Source of the DNA: Alphaproteobacteria bacterium
GTDB lineage: Bacteria > Pseudomonadota > Alphaproteobacteria > GCA-2731375
Reading direction: 5' to 3'
NCBI GenBank assembly: GCA_965232515.1
Contig: CBDDPY010000002.1
Coordinates: 5,760,001 to 5,824,000 of the forward strand
Length of the DNA: 64,000 bases
Position 1 is the first letter of the stretch. Each line of letters begins with the position of its first letter. Of the stretch, positions 38,927 to 47,626 are shown piece by piece. The translations under genes and the position numbers were made by a program. A model generated the notes under the pieces. The model was not told where the DNA came from and did not search any database. It worked only from the letters and a program-made list of their open reading frames with translations.

Positions 38927-40165
38927 ATGACCCGACCCATTGCCCTGCTATCCTTGTTACTGCTGCTGATCGCCGCCGGCACGCAAGCGGCGGAACGGCC
39001 GCTCGATGTCTTCGAGGCGGTCTGGCGCGAGGCGAAAGCCGGGATCTATCCGCAAGAGCTGGCTGCCAAGCATTTCACGGAAAGCCGCTACGACGCCCTG
39101 AAAGCGCAAGCGGCCACGGCCGAGGACCTTTACGCGCTCACGCCCGTCATCAACGATTTCCTGGCCGAGCTCGGCGTCTCGCACACCCGCTTCTATGACG
39201 ACAGCGCGTTCGCCTTCTATCTGTTCCGCTCCATGTTCACGACCCGCCGGCTCGACGATCCGGCCGTGCGCCACATCGGCGTCCAGCACGCGACGGTCGA
39301 CGGCGCCCATGTCGTGCGCGAAGTGCTGGACGGCTATCCTGCCGCCAAGGCCGGCCTGCGGCGCGGCGACGTCCTGCTGCAGGCGAACGGCCTGATCTAC
39401 GCGCCCGGACATGTCATCAATCCCGACGGCGGTACGGTCGACCTGCTGTTCCGCCGCAACGGCGCGGTCCGACGCGTCACCGTCGAGACCGTGCACGAGA
39501 ACCCGAACCGGTCGTTCCACGACGCCATGCTGAACAGCGCCACGACCTTCCGCGTCGCCGGCCGCGACGTCGGCTACGTCCATCTCTGGTCGGGCACGCA
39601 TCCGCGCATCCTGCGGTCGTTCACCGCCCTCATGCGCGACCGCTTCGCCGGCCACGACGCCATGATCCTGGACCTGCGCGGCGGCTATGGCGGCGCCTGG
39701 TACGACTATCTCGATCCCTTCTTCCCGGACCGCACGAGCTATTACCGGTTCACTGTCCTCGACCGCCGCGGCCAAAGCGAGCACCGCGCCGAGCCCCGGA
39801 CCAATCCCGACCATTTCACCGGACCGGTGGTCGTGCTGATCAACGAGGGCACGCGCTCGGGCAAGGAAGCGCTCGCCTACCAGTTCAAGACCTCCGGCCG
39901 CGCGCCGCTCATCGGCACGACCACCCGCGGCGCTTTCCTCGCCGGCCGCGCCATCTTCACCGACCCGGCCAAGCCCTACTTCCTGTTCCTCGCCGTCGCC
40001 GAGCCGCGCTTCGACGGCAACCGCCTGGAAGGCCGCGGCGTCGACCCCGACATCGCCGTCGCCTATCCCCTCGACCGCAGTCCCGCCACCGACCCGCAAC
40101 TCGCGGCCGCGCTCGCCGAAATCGAAAGGATGATGCAGGCCGATGGTCCGCCGTCACGCGACTAG
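38927..40165 (+). CDS. Secreted S41-family peptidase with PDZ domain
   Basis: Signal peptide; SHT, PAAKAGLRRGD (PDZ), LDLRGGYGG, TRSGKE and EGRGVDPD. Confidence 0.85.
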   Translation: MTRPIALLSLLLLLIAAGTQAAERPLDVFEAVWREAKAGIYPQELAAKHFTESRYDALKAQAATAEDLYALTPVINDFLAELGVSHTRFYDDSAFAFYLFRSMFTTRRLDDPAVRHIGVQHATVDGAHVVREVLDGYPAAKAGLRRGDVLLQANGLIYAPGHVINPDGGTVDLLFRRNGAVRRVTVETVHENPNRSFHDAMLNSATTFRVAGRDVGYVHLWSGTHPRILRSFTALMRDRFAGHDAMILDLRGGYGGAWYDYLDPFFPDRTSYYRFTVLDRRGQSEHRAEPRTNPDHFTGPVVVLINEGTRSGKEALAYQFKTSGRAPLIGTTTRGAFLAGRAIFTDPAKPYFLFLAVAEPRFDGNRLEGRGVDPDIAVAYPLDRSPATDPQLAAALAEIERMMQADGPPSRD

Positions 40166-40380
40166 GCCTCGATACCGCTGGCCGTTTGCGCGTCGATGAC
40201 AGACGAGAGTGCTTTGCAATCGATACATCTTCAGGTTTGGTTAATCGTCGGCGGCTAATGTTGAACCATTGGGGGTCGCGCGCTGCGGACACGGTTTGGT
40301 TGTCGGCGTGACCACTGGCTCGCCGGGCCGGCCGTTGTCCGCAACGTTTTCGAACGTCTTGTGAAGCGGAACAGCCGCCC

Positions 40381-40662
40381 ATGATGCATCGTTTCAAATC
40401 CAAGGCCGACCGCCGCGACGCCGTGCGGATCGAGCGGCCGAAGGACGGCCGGATCGTTCTCGACGACGGCGCCGCGCCCATCGACTGCCGCGTCCGCGAT
40501 ATTTCGACCACGGGCGCGCGCCTCGAATGCGAGGATGTCGCGGCCTGGCCGACGGAACTGGTGCTGCTGGACAGCGCCGGCAACCGGATCGACTGCGAGG
40601 TCGTCTGGACCTCCGGCACCGAGATCGGCGTCCGCTTCAAAACCCCGCGCCCGCTGTTTTGA
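40381..40662 (+). CDS. Stand-alone PilZ domain protein
   Basis: RRDAVR (RxxxR) and DISTTG (DxSxxG) c-di-GMP motifs; IGVRF. Confidence 0.85.
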   Translation: MMHRFKSKADRRDAVRIERPKDGRIVLDDGAAPIDCRVRDISTTGARLECEDVAAWPTELVLLDSAGNRIDCEVVWTSGTEIGVRFKTPRPLF

Positions 40663-40758
40663 CCACAAAGACGCAAAGACACGAAGAAGCGAAGGGTTGT
40701 TAGGCGCTGCGCGCCAACCGGTCCTCTTTGGTTCTTTGTGTCTTCGCGTCTTTGCGGT
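40662..40758. repeat. 27-bp imperfect inverted repeat filling the convergent intergenic gap (probable bidirectional terminator)
   Basis: accacaaagacgcaaagacacgaagaa (40662-40688) / ttctttgtgtcttcgcgtctttgcggt (40732-40758). Confidence 0.7.
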
Positions 40759-42660
40759 TCAAATCCCTCTGTTCGATTTCGCCCTCACCGTACGCACTGC
40801 GTAGCGTCGCCCGAATACCAGCAGGCCGCCGAGACTGACCAGCGCCAGGCCCAGGCCGCCCGGCTCCGGCACGGCGGCAAGCCGCGGCGTCAGCGTCGGC
40901 AACGTCGCCTGCGCCGGCACGTCCAGGATGAAGGCGGCGCTGCAATCGCCTGGTCCCCCTGGACCGGGGAAGCAGGAGCCATTGGTCGAGGCCTGCAGCC
41001 CATTGAAGGCGATGGTGACGGTGTCGCCGAGGTCGGGCGGCAGGGCTTCGACGGCGAAAAACAAGAGCGGCGTCAGGCTCAGCGCGTCGGCCCCGAGCGT
41101 GCCGGCGAACCGGAACGCCTGCGCCGTCGCGTCGGAAATGGCGATGTCGCCGAATTCGACGGCGAACGCCACCAGATCGCTGTCGTTCAGAACGGCGCCC
41201 GCGGCGAAGTTGGCGTCGTCGAAGCTGAGGAAACCGCTGACCGGGTCGCCCGCGTCGAGCCCGGCGGTGACGCAATCCGTGACGCAGGCGGCGCTCAAGT
41301 CATAGGTGATGACGCCAGCTCTTGCCGGTGCCGCAACGCCGGCCGCCGCCAGGAACGCGAACGCGGCGGCCAGGGGCGCGGCGAGGGAGGCTCCGCGCCT
41401 CCGGCCGCCGGCCGACGGCGTCACCGGTTGCCGTCGGCGGCGGGCGGTGAACAGGCCGAACAGGGCCGCGCCCAACAACGCCAGCCCGCCCGGCTCGGGC
41501 ACGTCGACAATGCGCGGCAGCAACGGTCCCAGGCGGCCGCGGGCCTGATCGCCAAGCTCGGCGTCGCCGCATCGGTCACCGATGCAGGACGCGTTGGTCG
41601 AGGCGATGACGCTGCCGACCAGGTTGGCGAAAAAGAAGTCGCCGCTATCGGGCGCGATCGCATCGAACAGGGCGATCGCGATGAGGGACAGCGCCAGCGT
41701 GTCGGGGTTGTCCAGCTTTGCGTTGAATATCACGGCGTTTGCCGTCGAGGCATCGATCGTGACGCTGCCGAACTCGACGGCGAAATCGACGAGGGCGTCC
41801 TGGTCAACGAAGGCGTCCACCAGAAAGGCGGCGGCGTCGAGGGCGAAGAAGCCGCTGCCCTTGTCGCCGACGTCGAGGCCGACGAGGTCGCAGTCGAGCT
41901 CGCAGGTGATGTCGAAATCGTAAGCGATGACGCCGGCCTGCGCCGGCGCCGAGACACCGCCCGCCGTCAGCAGGGCGAGCGCCGCGGCCAGGGGCGCCCC
42001 GAGGAGAAACAGGCGCCCCTGGCCGGCCGCCGGCGCGGCGGCCGACCTCCGCCGGCGCAGGACGGCTAGCCCGATCAGGGCCACGCTCATCAGTCCGAGC
42101 CCACCCGGCGCCGGAACGGCGGCATGCGACGGCGCCTCGATGGAACTCGGCCTTAGGTTGACGCTCGGCATCTTCGCATTGGCAGGGCTGCTGCCCGGGT
42201 CGACCACGATGCAATCGCTGTCGGCGCAGGCGCCGTCGATCGACGCGAAAACCCTGCCGAGCCGAAGCGTGATCAATTCGCCCTGATCGGGACCGAGCGC
42301 TTCCGCCGCGACGAATTCAGCGAAGTCGATCGTCAGCGCATCGTTCCTCAGTTCGCCCTGAAAGAACAGTCCGACAGCCGTCGTGTTGTCGAGGCTGATG
42401 TCGCCGAAGTCGATGGCGAAGGCCGTGACATCGGCGGTGCCTAGGATCGCGCCGGGCGCGAAGTTGGCGTCGTCGAAGGTGATGAAACCGTCGCCGATGG
42501 GATCGCCGAGGTCGAGACCGAATTCGGCGCAATTGAGCCGACAGTCGGCCGTGATGTCATAGGTGATCGTGCCGGCTTGCGCCGTTGTCGCGTCGCTGGC
42601 GACGACCAGCAGGACGGCGGTCGCGAACCCAGCGACGAGGAAATGCTTGCGTAGGGGCAT
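40759..42660 (-). CDS. Three-unit PEP-CTERM polyprotein: 3 x [signal peptide - Cys-paired domain - PEP-CTERM]
   Basis: AGGAG RBS and ATG at 42660. Cleavage motifs AQA|GTITYD, AQA|GVIAYD, ARA|GVITYD. Sorting motifs VPAPGGLGL..RRRR, VPEPGGLAL..RRRR, VPEPGGLGL..RR. No internal stops. Confidence 0.88.
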   Translation of the reverse strand: MPLRKHFLVAGFATAVLLVVASDATTAQAGTITYDITADCRLNCAEFGLDLGDPIGDGFITFDDANFAPGAILGTADVTAFAIDFGDISLDNTTAVGLFFQGELRNDALTIDFAEFVAAEALGPDQGELITLRLGRVFASIDGACADSDCIVVDPGSSPANAKMPSVNLRPSSIEAPSHAAVPAPGGLGLMSVALIGLAVLRRRRSAAAPAAGQGRLFLLGAPLAAALALLTAGGVSAPAQAGVIAYDFDITCELDCDLVGLDVGDKGSGFFALDAAAFLVDAFVDQDALVDFAVEFGSVTIDASTANAVIFNAKLDNPDTLALSLIAIALFDAIAPDSGDFFFANLVGSVIASTNASCIGDRCGDAELGDQARGRLGPLLPRIVDVPEPGGLALLGAALFGLFTARRRRQPVTPSAGGRRRGASLAAPLAAAFAFLAAAGVAAPARAGVITYDLSAACVTDCVTAGLDAGDPVSGFLSFDDANFAAGAVLNDSDLVAFAVEFGDIAISDATAQAFRFAGTLGADALSLTPLLFFAVEALPPDLGDTVTIAFNGLQASTNGSCFPGPGGPGDCSAAFILDVPAQATLPTLTPRLAAVPEPGGLGLALVSLGGLLVFGRRYAVRTVRAKSNRGI

Positions 42661-42724
42661 AGTCTGACTCCTGAACAGAACGTTCGTCCCCCACAGCGAA
42701 CATATATCATTCATGTCGGACGTT

Positions 42725-42829
42725 CGTTCAGTTTGTCAAACGATTTTTTGAGTCATTGCTGTTCGAGAATGTTCTATGAAACGAACGATTGAAAAATAAA
42801 TCATTCAAAATCGTTTGACAAACCGAACG
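42725..42829. promoter_or_regulatory. Mirror-image divergent promoters / operator pair (23-bp inverted repeat containing TTGACA on each strand)
   Basis: cgttcagtttgtcaaacgatttt (42725-42747) / aaaatcgtttgacaaaccgaacg (42807-42829), 1 mismatch; AT-rich region with repeated GAACG/CGTTC. Confidence 0.65.
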
Positions 42830-42894
42830 ATTGATCCTTAATTATGCCGGTCGCACCGCATGAAGGGATTTTTGCGGAAAGGAGACATCGGCAC

Positions 42895-43500
42895 ATGCAA
42901 ACCCAGAGCCTTTGCCTGCCGCCGCGCGGTTCGGCGATCCGGCGGGCCGTGCCGGCCGATTGCGGCGAGCTGGACCGGCTGGCGCTGATGGCGTTCCGGC
43001 GCGCGGCCCCGGCCCACTACACGGCCGAACAGACCGAGCGTATTCTGCGCTTCCTGATCAAGATCGACCGCGGGCTGATCACCACCGGCCGGCTGTTCGC
43101 GCTGCAGGACGACGGCCGTCTTGTCGGCTGCGCCGGCTGGTCCAGCGGCGGCCCGCTGATCCGTGGCGCCGCCGACGCGGTCGGGAGCTGGGCCGGCGCC
43201 GGCCGGAACGGCGACGGTCCTGGGCCCGACGGTCGGCCCGGGGCCGAGATCCGCTGCGTTTATGTGCACCCGGACCAACAGCGCCGCGGCGTCGCCAAGC
43301 GCCTGCTGGTGACCGCCGAGCGCGACGCGGCCGCGGCCGGACACCGGCGGTTCTCGCTGATCGCGACGCTGCCGTCCGTGCCCTTCTACCTCAGCCGTGG
43401 CTACCAGGCCGTTCAGCCCCTCGACATTCCCATGCCCGAGGGCGCGCCCGTGCAGGGCCTCGCTATGGCAAAGGACGTCGCCGCCCGCTGCGCCCGCTGA
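42895..43500 (+). CDS. GNAT N-acetyltransferase
   Basis: LVGCAGWS, IRCVYVHPDQQRRGVAKRLL and ATLPSVPFYLSRGY; AAGGAG RBS. Confidence 0.88.
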   Translation: MQTQSLCLPPRGSAIRRAVPADCGELDRLALMAFRRAAPAHYTAEQTERILRFLIKIDRGLITTGRLFALQDDGRLVGCAGWSSGGPLIRGAADAVGSWAGAGRNGDGPGPDGRPGAEIRCVYVHPDQQRRGVAKRLLVTAERDAAAAGHRRFSLIATLPSVPFYLSRGYQAVQPLDIPMPEGAPVQGLAMAKDVAARCAR

Positions 43501-43686
43501 CCCGCGGGCGCAAACGCGGCGCCACCCCACATCGCGAGGGCCTCAGGCCTGCGGCGGTCCCGATCTCAGCCCCACGTTCCGGAACCGCCCCGCCGTGCGC
43601 GCGTGCTGGCGCACGGCTCGCGATGCCGACGGCTGTCAGTGGCAGCCGCGCACATCACGGGTAAGCCTATGAAAACACCAAATAAT

Positions 43687-43717
43687 CGTCATTGCCGGGC
43701 TTGACCCGGCAATCCAG
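43687..43717. repeat. CGTC-type REP singlet
   Basis: cgtcattgccgggcttgacccggcaatccag. Confidence 0.85.
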
Positions 43718-43738
43718 ATAATAGCTTTCGGTACGCCC

Positions 43739-44362
43739 CTAAAACTCCGTCGTCACGCCCGCGCGCGACGGGCCGGCCGTCACGTCCTCGGCCGTCGCGC
43801 CGGCGCCGTCGGCCGTCGGCGACGGATAGGCCGCCACCAGGATCGCTTCCGAATCGTCGTCCAGGCCCTCGTAGCTGTGCGGCAGGTTGCCCTTCATGCG
43901 CAGGAAGTCGCCGGGGCCCAGCTCGACCTCCTGGCCGGCCGGGCCGATGCGCCAGCGGCCCTTGGTGACGATCAGATGCTCGACGGTGCCGGGCGCGTGC
44001 GGCGTCGACTTGTGCACGCCGCGCTGGATCGTGCCCTGCAGAAATTCGAGCTGCACGCCGGGCAGCTGCGACCAGCTGATCGAGCGATAGCGGATCGGGT
44101 CGGCGTCGACCCAGCTGCCCTGCGGCGCCCGCACTACCACCACCGTCGCCTCGTCCGAGCTCACCAGGTCGCTCAGCCGGACGCGCAACGCGTTCGCCAG
44201 CGCCCACAAGGTCTCCAGCGTCGGATTGGCGTTGCCCATCTCGATCTTCGACAGGTTGGCCTTGGCCACGCCCGACATGCGCGCCAGCTCCGACAGCGAG
44301 ATTCCCCGCCCGATGCGCGCCGATTTGATACGACTGCCGACTTCGGCTCTGATCTTTTCCAT
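43739..44362 (-). CDS. XRE-family HTH regulator with cupin sensor domain
   Basis: ISLSELARMSGVAKANLSKIEMGNANPTLETLW; H..GTVEHL...GDF.....PHSY cupin. Confidence 0.9.
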   Translation of the reverse strand: MEKIRAEVGSRIKSARIGRGISLSELARMSGVAKANLSKIEMGNANPTLETLWALANALRVRLSDLVSSDEATVVVVRAPQGSWVDADPIRYRSISWSQLPGVQLEFLQGTIQRGVHKSTPHAPGTVEHLIVTKGRWRIGPAGQEVELGPGDFLRMKGNLPHSYEGLDDDSEAILVAAYPSPTADGAGATAEDVTAGPSRAGVTTEF

Positions 44363-44513
44363 TCGTTCAATATATCGATCATTCCGCCGCCGAAAAGAAA
44401 AATCATCGTGATCGACGCATCAAAAACACGCGTTTCCGACATGGGTTTGCCGTCGTCCATCCGACGGCTGAGGCGTTTTCGAATTCAGAAGACTTTCGCC
44501 CGATCGGCTGCGA

Positions 44514-45269
44514 TCACTTGCCCTCGCTCAGAGCGATCGATTCTTCGACAACCGCTTTGAGTCGAGTGAGACGCTCGATCAGGCTACCCGTGTCGGGAAG
44601 GGCTTCATGCCAATAATAGTAGATCTCGGTCTCGTGGATGGCTGTCGTGGCGGCAACCATGTAGGTGCTGTCTGTTCCGTCGTCCGCTCGGATCTCCCCG
44701 AGAGCGGCCGTGTAGAAGGCTTTGTCGTCGATGGAAATCGGTTCGATATTGATATGCGTCCGCACCCGGGTGCCGAAGTACTGCGATAGTCGTTCGGCAT
44801 AAGCGCCATCGCCTTCATTCACGTCTCGCACGATGCTCGCAAACGTCCCGTCATCAAGCACAGATCTGAGCTCTTGCAACAGCGTCTCGCGGGATTTGCC
44901 CGGCCGGCTGTCGGCGTCGCGCCGCGCCTTGATGACAATCCATTGCGCGGGCTCCGTTATTGTCCGATTTGCCGCGCAATCGATCACGAACAGAAGTGGT
45001 TTCAGCTTGGGATCGAGCGCCGCATATTCCTGTATCGCCGGCTCGAAGGCTTTGTCAGGCAGACAGAAACCATCCGGCGTGGCGAACCTAAACATGTGGC
45101 CGTTGTATTCGACGGCGTGAGTCGTCGGTGTATCTGCGGCATCGGCATGCCTGGGCCAGCCAAGAAGGAGTAAGAGCGTTATCGCGTGCAGAGCGGCAGT
45201 TGCCGATAATGCGCCCAGGTTCTTTTGCCCGGCCTTTCTCATCGCCACTTGTACCGGTTTCGCTATCAT
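44514..45269 (-). CDS. Hypothetical exported protein, lower GC
   Basis: 251-aa ORF with hydrophobic signal ending ADA and a PDGFC motif; start uncertain. Confidence 0.65.
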   Translation of the reverse strand: MIAKPVQVAMRKAGQKNLGALSATAALHAITLLLLLGWPRHADAADTPTTHAVEYNGHMFRFATPDGFCLPDKAFEPAIQEYAALDPKLKPLLFVIDCAANRTITEPAQWIVIKARRDADSRPGKSRETLLQELRSVLDDGTFASIVRDVNEGDGAYAERLSQYFGTRVRTHINIEPISIDDKAFYTAALGEIRADDGTDSTYMVAATTAIHETEIYYYWHEALPDTGSLIERLTRLKAVVEESIALSEGK

Positions 45270-45435
45270 TTGGCGCTTTGTCTTTGATTATTTCTCAAAA
45301 TGATAGCACGTGATGAGGAGAGCCGCCCGGGATTCCGGCTCTGAACCTCCTTCTCATGTTCAGTACATCAATCACTGCGTCGATGAGTAGAAAACTGACG
45401 CGATTCCAGTGCCTTGGTGTCTTGACAAGGCATCG

Positions 45436-46536
45436 CTATTTGGATGCTCGATGTGGCGTCAATTCGGCGACCCGGTCAAGCCAGGCTACGACAGTTTCCA
45501 TCGCCGTGGCGTCCATCGTCGTTTCGATTTGCCAGATTTCCTCGATGTCGCCGCGTTGCGCGGGCTGGAACATGTGGTTGAGGCCCGGTAGAACGGCGAC
45601 CTCGGAGGCGGGATGGCGCAGCAGCGGGCCCGTCAGCGGCGCGTTGACCGCGGCCGAGACGAACAGGTCCTTGTCGGCGTAGAGCGCCAGCACCGGGCCG
45701 TCATAGGCGGCAATGATCGGCGCGACCGGGCGGTCGAGCTCGGCCATCATCCAGGCCGTCGCGAAGGCCGCGGCGAGTTTTTCGGCCTGCGCCCGGCCGG
45801 CGCCTTCGGCGGCCGCGAAGTCGCGGAGGCGGTCATGCGCCGTCTCGACGCCGTCGGACGTCCGCAGGATTTCGAAAATCGCGCGCAGCTCGCGGTCCAG
45901 ACGCGCGAGCTCGGCGTCCGATCGGCCCGCGAGGCGTTCGAAGTCGCGATGCTGCAACAGCAGCGTCTCGGCAATGGTCGTGACGCCGCTGGCGAGCAGG
46001 ACCATGAAGTCCGGCCGCTCGGTCGAGGCCGCGATCGGCGCCTTGATGCCGCCTTGCGAATGGCCGATGAAGCCGGCGCGGGCGGGATCGATGCGCGGCT
46101 GCTGTCGCAGCCACTTCAGCGCCGCCGCCGCGTCGGCCGCGAAGTCGTCGTCGGTCGCCGTGGCGGCATCGCCGGTGCCGCGGCCGAACCCCCGGTCGTC
46201 ATGCCGGAACACGGCATAGCCGTGCCGCGTCAGGAAATCGGACAGCACCAGAAACGGCCGGTGGCCGAGCAATTTCGCGTTCCGGTCGACGACCTCCGAG
46301 CCGGAGACGAGCACGACGCCGGGAAACGGCCCGTCGCCCCGCGGCAGGGTCAGCTCGCCGGCCAGTCGTACATCGGGCGCGCCGCCGGGGATGACGACCT
46401 CGCGGATATCGTAGTCGCGCGCAACCGGCGTCTGCGGCCACGGCAGCATCTCCAGCATGACATTCTCATAGGCCTGCTTGCAGGCTGACAGCAGGCCCAG
46501 ACCGGCGACCAAAGCCATGCCGAACAGGCGGTTCAT
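45436..46536 (-). CDS. Alpha/beta hydrolase lipoprotein
   Basis: Lipobox LLSAC; LAGELTLP, DDRGFG, GHSQGG nucleophile and GLNHMFQ. Confidence 0.88.
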   Translation of the reverse strand: MNRLFGMALVAGLGLLSACKQAYENVMLEMLPWPQTPVARDYDIREVVIPGGAPDVRLAGELTLPRGDGPFPGVVLVSGSEVVDRNAKLLGHRPFLVLSDFLTRHGYAVFRHDDRGFGRGTGDAATATDDDFAADAAAALKWLRQQPRIDPARAGFIGHSQGGIKAPIAASTERPDFMVLLASGVTTIAETLLLQHRDFERLAGRSDAELARLDRELRAIFEILRTSDGVETAHDRLRDFAAAEGAGRAQAEKLAAAFATAWMMAELDRPVAPIIAAYDGPVLALYADKDLFVSAAVNAPLTGPLLRHPASEVAVLPGLNHMFQPAQRGDIEEIWQIETTMDATAMETVVAWLDRVAELTPHRASK

Positions 46537-47483
46537 GTCCGTGCCCGCCCATCGTTGTAGCGGGTTTGCGGGCGGCCGACCGCCGGGCTTGGCGTCATTT
46601 CCGGGCCGGCGAACAGGACCGTCGCGGCCGCGCGCCACGTCGGCGCGGCGGTCAGCGCGCGCCACAGCTTCACCGCGCCATGGGCGTGCACGGCAATGGG
46701 GTTGCGGCTGACCAGCGGCTCGGTCAGACCGTAGTCCACCGGCTCGACCTCGGCCGCGTAGGTGCCGAACAGCCGGTCCCAGACGATCAGGATGCCGCCA
46801 TAGTTCTTGTCGATGTATTGCGGGTTGCGGCCGTGGTGCACCCGGTGGTTCGACGGCGTGTTCAGCCAGGGATCGAGCCAGCGCAGGCGGCCGACCAGCT
46901 CGGTGTGGATCCATTGCTGCCAGGCCAGAACGAGGCCCAGGCAGGTCAGCACCAGCAGCGGATGAAAGCCCACCAGCACCAGCGGCAGATAGAGCAGCGG
47001 CGAGACGAAGAAGTCGACGAAGCTGATGCGCGCCGCGATGGTCTGGTCGAAATGGTCGCCCGAATGATGCACCGAGTGATAGAGCGACCACAGCGCGTTG
47101 ACCCGATGGCCCAGCCGGTGCTCGCCGTAATAGACCAGGTCGACCAGCAGCAGACAGAGCGCCGCCGTCGCCCAGGTCGTCGGAACCGTCCAGGGCGCGA
47201 CCGCGGCCGCGCCATAGAACAGGCCAATCAGCACGCCGGTCAGCAGCACCTCGACCGCCGTCGCCGGCAGCAGGCAGAACAGGCTGGTCAGCATGCCGGT
47301 CAGCCGCCGCCGGTCGAGCTTGCGCCGCCACCATAGCCAGGCGATCTCGACGACGAGGATCGGCAGCCCGATGCCGAGCAGGCCCAGCACCACCAGATCC
47401 GAAGTCGGCAACAGTGCCTCCGGCGCGCCAGGAATGGCGGCGCCGTCCGCCGCGGCCATGGCCATCGAGGGCGCAAAATCCAT
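46533..47483 (-). CDS. Sterol desaturase / alkylglycerol monooxygenase-like protein
   Basis: His boxes HRLGH, HSVHH, WIH and HRVHH; DKNYGG..IVWDRLFGT. Confidence 0.9.
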   Translation of the reverse strand: MDFAPSMAMAAADGAAIPGAPEALLPTSDLVVLGLLGIGLPILVVEIAWLWWRRKLDRRRLTGMLTSLFCLLPATAVEVLLTGVLIGLFYGAAAVAPWTVPTTWATAALCLLLVDLVYYGEHRLGHRVNALWSLYHSVHHSGDHFDQTIAARISFVDFFVSPLLYLPLVLVGFHPLLVLTCLGLVLAWQQWIHTELVGRLRWLDPWLNTPSNHRVHHGRNPQYIDKNYGGILIVWDRLFGTYAAEVEPVDYGLTEPLVSRNPIAVHAHGAVKLWRALTAAPTWRAAATVLFAGPEMTPSPAVGRPQTRYNDGRART

Positions 47484-47493
47484 CTTTTCGATC

Positions 47494-47537
47494 TCCTAAC
47501 AATATTAGAGTGATCGTTCGCTCTAATATTGTTAGGA
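47494..47537. promoter_or_regulatory. Perfect 17-bp inverted repeat, probable TetR operator
   Basis: tcctaacaatattagag-N10-ctctaatattgttagga between divergent desaturase and TetR genes. Confidence 0.75.
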
Positions 47538-47626
47538 TGGCGACCGTCGGCAAGAGAGAAAATCGCGCGATGTCGATGTGCGGCCGGCGAATTCGGGTAG
47601 AAAGGCCGGAACACGGGAGCAAACGG

